Below, one piece after another: positions 50,265 to 56,400 of a DNA stretch of 56,400 nt. Origin of the DNA: an uncultured Roseburia sp. (GTDB lineage Bacteria; Bacillota; Clostridia; Lachnospirales; Lachnospiraceae); assembly GCA_964422225.1 (NCBI GenBank), contig CAYRAW010000001.1:1-56400 (forward strand), given 5' to 3'. The notes beneath the pieces were generated by a model that was given only the letters and a program-made list of their open reading frames with translations, had not been told where the DNA came from and did not search any database. Each line of letters begins with the position of its first letter. Position 1 is the first letter of the stretch. Position numbers and translations under genes: made by a program.

Positions 50265-51191
50265 TTAACCCTTAACTGCACCTACAGTAATACCACCGAT
50301 GAAATATTTCTGTACGAAAGGATATAACAATACGATCGGTCCGGTTGCCAGACACGCTGTAGCCATCTTCAGGGTTTCAGTCGGCAGATCCGTTACCGTT
50401 ACATACTGTCCTGCAATGGAGTTCTTTAAACTCTGTGCTTCATTTACAACTCGATACAGGTTGAACTGCAAAGGAATAACCTTCACATTTGAACTTAAGA
50501 ACAAAGATGACTGATACCATTCATTCCAGTAGCCTAAGGCAAGGAATAATCCAATGGTTGCCAGTGCCGGTTTTAACATAGGAAGGATCAGTGATACGAA
50601 TATTCTGAAGTCACCTGCACCGTCTATCTTACCTGACTCTGTGATCTCATGAGGAATGCTCTTAACGAAGTTCTTCATAAGAATGATCAGCCATGGCGAC
50701 ATCAGCAAAGGTAATAATACTGCCAGATAACTGTCCTTTAAGTGGTATGTCTGTACCATCAGCAGATAGTAAGGAGCAAGACCTGCCTGAAATAAACTGG
50801 TAAAGTATACATAGAAGGAAAGTCCGTTTCTAAACGGGAAATCTTTTCTCTGTAATGCATAACCTGCCATTGCGATACAGGACAGACCAATCGCAGTACC
50901 GACTATGGTAAGTACGATCGTTAATAAATATGACCACCAGATCGTACCACCCTTACATACCATATCGTAAGCCTCTAATGTCACATCCTTGGGAATGAGC
51001 TTTACGCCTTCTGCTCTGATCACCTGTTCACTGGTAAAAGATGATGCCACGATGATCAGGAACGGGAAGATACAGCAGATAGAATATAATGTTACTATGA
51101 TATAACCAATTGCTCTGATTATAATATCTGATGCCCCAAGTTTTACCTTTGCGCTGGAGGTCATTAAATCCAAATCTTTTTTCTTTGCCAT
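50265..51191 (-). CDS. carbohydrate ABC transporter permease (MalG-like)
   Basis: EAA loop ESGKIDGA; YPFVQKYF..GITVGAVKG. Confidence 0.92.
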   Translation of the reverse strand: MAKKKDLDLMTSSAKVKLGASDIIIRAIGYIIVTLYSICCIFPFLIIVASSFTSEQVIRAEGVKLIPKDVTLEAYDMVCKGGTIWWSYLLTIVLTIVGTAIGLSCIAMAGYALQRKDFPFRNGLSFYVYFTSLFQAGLAPYYLLMVQTYHLKDSYLAVLLPLLMSPWLIILMKNFVKSIPHEITESGKIDGAGDFRIFVSLILPMLKPALATIGLFLALGYWNEWYQSSLFLSSNVKVIPLQFNLYRVVNEAQSLKNSIAGQYVTVTDLPTETLKMATACLATGPIVLLYPFVQKYFIGGITVGAVKG

Positions 51192-51209
51192 CTTACATTC
51201 CTCCAATCC

Positions 51210-52172
51210 CTAGAATAATGAGTAGTCAGGTTCAATCTTCTTAACTACGCCATTTACTACCATGACCATAACAAAACCGATAATGGACTGGTACAGACCA
51301 ACTGCTGAAGCATAAGAGAAGTTAAAGTCTGTCATTGTTGCACGATATACATAGGTTTCAATAATATCTGTTGTAGGATAAAGTAATGAGTTGGTACCTA
51401 CTATATTATAGAAAAGACCGAAATCGCCTTTTACAATACCACCTAATGCAAACAGCAGCAGGATAACAATTGTTGGTTTCAGGCTTGGAAGAATGATGTA
51501 ACGAATCTTCTGGAAACCATTTGCTCCATCCACCTTAGCCGCTTCAATGATCTCTGAATCAATACCACAGATCGCTGCGAAGTATACAACTGAGTTGTAT
51601 CCTGTCTTCTGCCATAAATGGATAAGTACCATCAGCACCGGCCATACGTTAGGATTACCGTAAGGATTCAACAACTGATCCTCTGAACCACCAAATGCTC
51701 TGATGATCCCATTTACAAATCCGAAATCATAGTTGAGCAGGTTGTATACCAGAACGCCTACCAGAACCTGTGAAATGAAGTATGGCAGGAACATCATTGT
51801 CTGAGATACCTTCTTGAACCATTTACTCTGAATCTCATTGAGCAGGATCGCAATAAATACTGCGATGACATTTCCTAAAATAATAAATGCCAGATTGTAG
51901 AGAATTGTATTTCTGGTCAATGTCAGTAATTTACCTGACTGAGCCAGGAATTCAAAGTTCTGTAACCCCACGAACTTACTTCCAAAAATACCATCTCTGT
52001 AATTGTATTTTACAAAAGCAACCCATATACCCGGCAGTGGTGCATAGCTGAATGCCAGGAAGAACAGAATTGCCGGCAAACACATCAGCAGCAATATTTT
52101 TGAACGCTTTACCTTCTGAAAAAACGTTAACCCGGATTTTGGCTTTGCAACTTTTACTTTTGCTTTTCCCAT
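51210..52172 (-). CDS. carbohydrate ABC transporter permease (MalF/LplB-like)
   Basis: FVGLQNF, EAAKVDGA and AVGLYQSIIG; RBS GGGAGG. Confidence 0.92.
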   Translation of the reverse strand: MGKAKVKVAKPKSGLTFFQKVKRSKILLLMCLPAILFFLAFSYAPLPGIWVAFVKYNYRDGIFGSKFVGLQNFEFLAQSGKLLTLTRNTILYNLAFIILGNVIAVFIAILLNEIQSKWFKKVSQTMMFLPYFISQVLVGVLVYNLLNYDFGFVNGIIRAFGGSEDQLLNPYGNPNVWPVLMVLIHLWQKTGYNSVVYFAAICGIDSEIIEAAKVDGANGFQKIRYIILPSLKPTIVILLLFALGGIVKGDFGLFYNIVGTNSLLYPTTDIIETYVYRATMTDFNFSYASAVGLYQSIIGFVMVMVVNGVVKKIEPDYSLF

Positions 52173-52203
52173 AATTGCAACCTCCCTTGTTAATTTGCTG
52201 TTT

Positions 52204-52217
52204 TGCAACCGATTTCA
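52204..52217. promoter_or_regulatory. LacI-type operator upstream of the ABC operon
   Basis: TGCAACCGATTTCA, nearly identical to the site at 53473-53486. Confidence 0.65.
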
Positions 52218-52340
52218 TGTTTAAATATTAGCACTATTTATTTATGTTCGTCAATGTTTCGGACACATTTTGTTCAGATTTGGTTCTTTTGTACAATATA
52301 CGAGATTGATTTATGTGCATTTTATCTTTCAAACAAGTAA

Positions 52341-52373
52341 AAAAGGATTTTGTTACTGTACAAAATCCTTTTT
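52341..52373 (-). terminator. terminator after lacI-family gene
   Basis: AAAAGGATTTTGT...ACAAAATCCTTTT. Confidence 0.65.
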
Positions 52374-52407
52374 ATACTCAATTAATCGTGAAATCGACTT
52401 CAATGTA

Positions 52408-53457
52408 TCATCCTTTGTCCTTGCAGATACCGCTGCTCTGGCGTACTACCAGAGTAGGCATGACCATTCGAAGCCGTCCGACTTTTCTGCCTTCTATCAA
52501 AGCTATTGCCGTATCTATCAGCTTTCTGCCGTATTCTTCATAATTATAGTCCACACTGGTCAGAGGCGGAATTCCCATCTCTGCCATATAAGTATTATCA
52601 TAGCTTACTACCGATACATCTTCCGGGATCTGATATCCTCTCTCTGTCAGGCATTTCATGATTCCCATCGCTGAAAAATCGTTAATTGCAATAATTGCCG
52701 TCATCTTCACTCCGGCATCCAGCATCTGGGCAGTCTGTTTATATGCCGTTTCGAAATCATACCCACCATGATCTGTTACCAGTTGGGGATCATAGTCGAT
52801 ATGCCTCTCATTTAGTATCTGCTTATACCGCTGGTATTTTTCAAAAGTAGCCAGAACCTCATGATTACCACCTATCAGAGCAATTCTTCTATGTCCCAGG
52901 TTCAACAGATGATCCATCAGAAGTTCCATTGCCTGCATGCTGTCAATACGTACTGCATGGCATCTGGTTCCATCCAGTTTCCCTGTCACTACAACGGGAG
53001 TCTTTGCCATGACCTGATTTACCAATTCCACATAATCTTCCCTGGAAACCAGATCATCCACCCTGCCGCCAAATTGAATAATGGCATCTACCTGCTGTTC
53101 CTGCAGACTCACCAAAAGTTTCTTCTCTGTCTCCTCATTTCCAAGGAAATTACACAATACTGCTGTATATCCGGCTTCTCTTGCCGCTTTTTCGCAGGCA
53201 ACGAACATGGCAGCATAATAAGGGTTTCTGATGTCTGCAGATAAGATTCCTATTGTATGCGTTTTGGTATCTGCCAGACCTCTTGCCATAACATTGGGTT
53301 TAAAGTTATATTTATCTATCAGTGCCAGAATCTTTTCCTTCTTCTCACTGCGCACATTGGCGCTGTTGGTCAGTACCCTGGATACTGTAGAGGCAGATAC
53401 GCCTGCTTCCTTTGCTATATCATATATTGTAATTGTTTTGTTTTCATTATTCTGCAA
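52408..53457 (-). CDS. LacI-family transcriptional regulator
   Basis: TIYDIAKEAGVSASTVSRVL, PEDVSVV.YD and PPLTSV; TTG start after GGGAGG. Confidence 0.93.
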   Translation of the reverse strand: MQNNENKTITIYDIAKEAGVSASTVSRVLTNSANVRSEKKEKILALIDKYNFKPNVMARGLADTKTHTIGILSADIRNPYYAAMFVACEKAAREAGYTAVLCNFLGNEETEKKLLVSLQEQQVDAIIQFGGRVDDLVSREDYVELVNQVMAKTPVVVTGKLDGTRCHAVRIDSMQAMELLMDHLLNLGHRRIALIGGNHEVLATFEKYQRYKQILNERHIDYDPQLVTDHGGYDFETAYKQTAQMLDAGVKMTAIIAINDFSAMGIMKCLTERGYQIPEDVSVVSYDNTYMAEMGIPPLTSVDYNYEEYGRKLIDTAIALIEGRKVGRLRMVMPTLVVRQSSGICKDKG

Positions 53458-53472
53458 AAAGACACCTCCCTT

Positions 53473-53526
53473 TGAAACCGATTTCATCTATACTAAAATG
53501 ATACGGAATATTCAGGGAGGTGTCAA
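53473..53526 (-). promoter_or_regulatory. lacI promoter and autoregulatory operator
   Basis: TTGACA, 17-bp spacer, TATCAT; operator TGAAACCGATTTCA at 53473-53486. Confidence 0.7.
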
Positions 53527-53547
53527 GTAGGTTGTGGAAAAATATAC

Positions 53548-54225
53548 CTATTCTACTGCCATTTTCTTTACACGGGCAAGTGCATTTTTTACAGGGGGAA
53601 TACACAGGATAACAACCGTCACTGCTGCTTCTGCAAAAATATAGATTGCATTATAGACCAAAGAGTAGGGCAATGGATTCCATCCCTCCCATGCATAAGC
53701 ACCAAAGAAAAGCCATCCTGAAATCACTGCAAATACATATCTGCCGGCAACGCCTGCCAGATATCCTTTGAGCAGACCATTCTTCGCATTCATAAACAGA
53801 CCGGAAAGTCCCAGTGCACCAAAAGCCAGAAGATAATCCACTACAAGCTGCATCGGATACAGCACATAGGGATCGATCAGGAGTTGTAACATGCCATATG
53901 CCACACCGGTTATAATTCCTGCCCCAAGTCCAAACCAGTAACCGGGCAGTGCGATCATCAGCATAGATAACAGGGTAATAGATCCACCTGTTGGGAAATG
54001 AAATACCTTAATATTAGATAAAACAGTACCAAGGGCAATTGCCAGGGCGCAAAATGCCAACTGCTTGGCAGAAAGCTTCTTCGTAACTTTCTGATTGCCC
54101 TTTCCGGCAAAATACATGGCAATTCCAAGCAGGGCAATAATTACCACTGCCAACAGAACGTTACCAAGGGTGGTGGGGACATACGTAGTCTCGCCCCAGT
54201 CATTCACTACAACATTGTACAACAT
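53548..54225 (-). CDS. thiT: energy-coupled thiamine transporter S component ThiT
   Basis: P.GGSITL, Q..DYLLAF and W.G.NP..YSL.YN; TPP riboswitch upstream. Confidence 0.9.
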   Translation of the reverse strand: MLYNVVVNDWGETTYVPTTLGNVLLAVVIIALLGIAMYFAGKGNQKVTKKLSAKQLAFCALAIALGTVLSNIKVFHFPTGGSITLLSMLMIALPGYWFGLGAGIITGVAYGMLQLLIDPYVLYPMQLVVDYLLAFGALGLSGLFMNAKNGLLKGYLAGVAGRYVFAVISGWLFFGAYAWEGWNPLPYSLVYNAIYIFAEAAVTVVILCIPPVKNALARVKKMAVE

Positions 54226-54323
54226 AAAAAATCCTCCTTCGTTTGCGCGAGGAGGAATCACACCGTATCTACATATCTGACCCAAACAGCGCATGGCTGC
54301 ACTGCTTTTTTCATATGTAAATT

Positions 54324-54420
54324 CCTGCTTCCTTCCGCCGGTATTATCCGGTTCAAGTAGTAAGGGTTAGAATTATGATCCTCATCATGATTCAATCTCA
54401 GCGATGTGCTCCCCTAGCGG
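54324..54420 (-). promoter_or_regulatory. TPP riboswitch
   Basis: GGGGAGC...GCTGAGA...ACCC...TGAACCGGATAATACCGGCGGAAGGAA; expression-platform hairpin at 54226-54258. Confidence 0.93.
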
Positions 54421-54482
54421 TTAATACTTTTAATTTATTAGCAAGGTACAGTATAGATGGTTTACATAAATTTGTCAATACA

Positions 54483-54519
54483 AAATCCCCTGATTCGCTT
54501 ACCGCAAAACAGGGGATTT
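54483..54519 (-). terminator. terminator after MCP gene
   Basis: AAATCCCCTG...CAGGGGATTT. Confidence 0.65.
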
Positions 54520-54522
54520 AGT

Positions 54523-56214
54523 TTAATGTAATTTAAATCTGGCTACAATGGCTTTTAAATTATCTGCGCAGCTGTAACATTCTGTTACCATATCATTCGC
54601 TTCTACTGCCTTTGATACCATATCGCTGGTCTTCTGCGCAATATCCGTAACTCCGGTTGCAGATTCATTTACAGTATCCTTAATGCCATCCAGTGCACCT
54701 GCAGATGTCACAGCAAGTCCGGCAAGCTGATTGACTGCATCTCTTACCTGATTCATGTCATTTCCATATGCATCTGCATCTTCCTGATACTGAACACTGA
54801 CTTCCTTAAATTCTTTATAATCAGCCAGAACTGACTGTTCCAAGAACTCTGTCGTTTCTTTCATACATTCTGTCATATTGGCAACTGCCTCATTTACTTC
54901 CTTGACAATCGTTCCAATATCTTCAATCGCTCTGGTCGTCTGATCTGCAAGGCTTCCTATCTCTGTTGCCACAACTGCAAAGCCTTTACCTGCTTCGCCC
55001 GCTCTTGCAGCTTCTATGCTCGCATTAAGTGCCAGAAGCCCTGTCTGGGACGAGATTTCCATGATCGTACCAGTCAGTTCATTGATCTTATCGACTGCCT
55101 TAGAACCTTCTATGGCTTTCTCAGACTTGTCTTTCACATTCTGATACATCTGCATGGTTCGGTTGCTTGCCTGTTCTGTTTTATTGCCAAGATTTTTTGC
55201 TCTTTGCATAACTTCGTCAGACTGCTGAGCACCCTGCTGAGCCATTTGTTCAATGTCTTCTGCATTCTGCTTCATATCCTGTACGTTTTCGTTCACATTT
55301 ATGGTAGTCGCTGCTGCTTCTTCCATACCTGCTGCCAATTGCTCTGTTGTAGCAGAATTATCTGTACACATGGTATTGATCAAATCTGTTACCTGCTTCA
55401 ATCCATCCACATTTACCGTAATCTGTCCACTTGTTTCATTAATGTTTGTAACGATATCTCTAAGATTACCACGCATCAGGTGAACTTCCCGTGCCATCAA
55501 TCCTGTCTCATCATGACGTTTTCTAAGACTACTTCCATTTTCTGTTGACGTAAAGTCCAGTCTGGCTGTCTTTTCTACAATCTCCGTCATCTGTTGGATC
55601 GGCTTGCAGATGAACTTGCTCACCATATATCCTGCTATCACAGAAATGATCAGTGTTCCCAATGCACAGCCAAACATATAATTGATCATTCTGCTTAAGG
55701 GATCTGTAATGTCGCTTTTATCTGCTGTGACAACTACAATCGAGTTATCACCGGTCAGCGCATAGCCTGCGTACTTGATCTCACCTTTATAGTCATATTC
55801 TACAACTTCATTTTGTGGAGTCTTGCCTGCTTCGATCTCTGCCACAACACCTTTGATCACGGAATTTTCTACGGATTGCCCTATCTTTTCTGCTGTAGGA
55901 TGATATAACATAGTTCCGTCCGCAGAAACCAGATATGCATATGCGGAATCAATTCCCTTCATCTCAATCCCCTGCATAACCGCCGCATACTCATCCGAAT
56001 TGATAAGTTCCTCCGGAATATTGGTGATTGTCTGTGCTCCCTGTTCTGCCAGACTCAGGATGTAGTTCTCATTCGACTCTTCCAAAATGTTTTTTGCTTC
56101 GTTATAAGCACTTATCACACTTCCTATCAGTGTAAAAATCGCGATGGCAATTACAAGCAAAACAATTTTGAATGAAATTGAATGAATAAAAGTCACCTTT
56201 TGTGTTTGTCCCAT
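54523..56214 (-). CDS. methyl-accepting chemotaxis protein (Cache sensor, HAMP)
   Basis: TM-Cache ([15 protein letters not shown])-TM, HAMP and [27 protein letters not shown]. Confidence 0.94.
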   Translation of the reverse strand: MGQTQKVTFIHSISFKIVLLVIAIAIFTLIGSVISAYNEAKNILEESNENYILSLAEQGAQTITNIPEELINSDEYAAVMQGIEMKGIDSAYAYLVSADGTMLYHPTAEKIGQSVENSVIKGVVAEIEAGKTPQNEVVEYDYKGEIKYAGYALTGDNSIVVVTADKSDITDPLSRMINYMFGCALGTLIISVIAGYMVSKFICKPIQQMTEIVEKTARLDFTSTENGSSLRKRHDETGLMAREVHLMRGNLRDIVTNINETSGQITVNVDGLKQVTDLINTMCTDNSATTEQLAAGMEEAAATTINVNENVQDMKQNAEDIEQMAQQGAQQSDEVMQRAKNLGNKTEQASNRTMQMYQNVKDKSEKAIEGSKAVDKINELTGTIMEISSQTGLLALNASIEAARAGEAGKGFAVVATEIGSLADQTTRAIEDIGTIVKEVNEAVANMTECMKETTEFLEQSVLADYKEFKEVSVQYQEDADAYGNDMNQVRDAVNQLAGLAVTSAGALDGIKDTVNESATGVTDIAQKTSDMVSKAVEANDMVTECYSCADNLKAIVARFKLH

Positions 56215-56294
56215 AATAGTTACCCCTTTCATATTCGTAATTACTTTGCGTTATCTCATAATATTGTTATAAATGCGCAAATTTTCATACAAAT

Positions 56295-56323
56295 ATTATA
56301 TCACGATATATATTGTTTGAAAA
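56295..56323 (-). promoter_or_regulatory. sigma-A promoter of MCP gene
   Basis: TTTTCA, 17-bp spacer, extended -10 TGaTATAAT. Confidence 0.5.
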
Positions 56324-56400
56324 TATTTTTTTAATAATTACGTGAAAGGCAACAATTATTACCGATTATCTCTATCTTGCAGTTTCAAGATACTTCTCTA

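Noticed and set aside
53461..53524. Invertible promoter flanked by 11-bp inverted repeats
   Set aside because: Only 42 bp separate the repeats and no recombinase is nearby; an RNA-pairing role is more parsimonious.
1..56400. CRISPR array, IS elements, prophage or retroelement
   Set aside because: No regularly spaced repeats, transposase, integrase, phage or reverse-transcriptase ORFs were found.

Overview
A 56.4-kb chromosomal segment from a low-GC Firmicute. Gene content and order suggest a spore-forming, chemotactic Lachnospiraceae/Clostridia gut bacterium (inference). Most genes lie on the minus strand. Left to right: (1) tandem promoters and leader of an rRNA operon that continues off the left edge; (2) a CvpA/DUF5711/LysM cluster; (3) pfkA-dnaX-ybaB-recR-galM; (4) tRNA-Ser(CGA) and an XRE regulator; (5) glmS with its ribozyme; (6) an accessory-looking block with an orphan wHTH protein, a degenerate HD-GYP protein, a PilZ-less YcgR-N-like protein, a membrane-anchored trigger-factor-like PPIase and PaaI; (7) a candidate ~95-nt C-rich small RNA behind ftsH; (8) the conserved hup-yabO-yabP-yabQ-divIC-spoIIE-tilS-hpt-ftsH block; (9) cca-cotS-PEGA and a stand-alone ackA; (10) a 2347-aa secreted CE8+PL9 pectinase; (11) T-box-controlled proS; (12) an HD-GYP-REC/hybrid-kinase pair; (13) a LacI-controlled ABC/GH35/GH2 galactoside locus; (14) TPP-riboswitch thiT and an MCP. 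No transposase, integrase, prophage or CRISPR array was seen. The best leads are the unannotated anti-SD-like sRNA, an 11-bp inverted repeat that could block the lacI RBS only in thiT read-through transcripts, the giant multi-domain pectinase with unnamed modules, and several degenerate or reshuffled c-di-GMP components. All protein calls come from motif recognition by eye; no database search was run.
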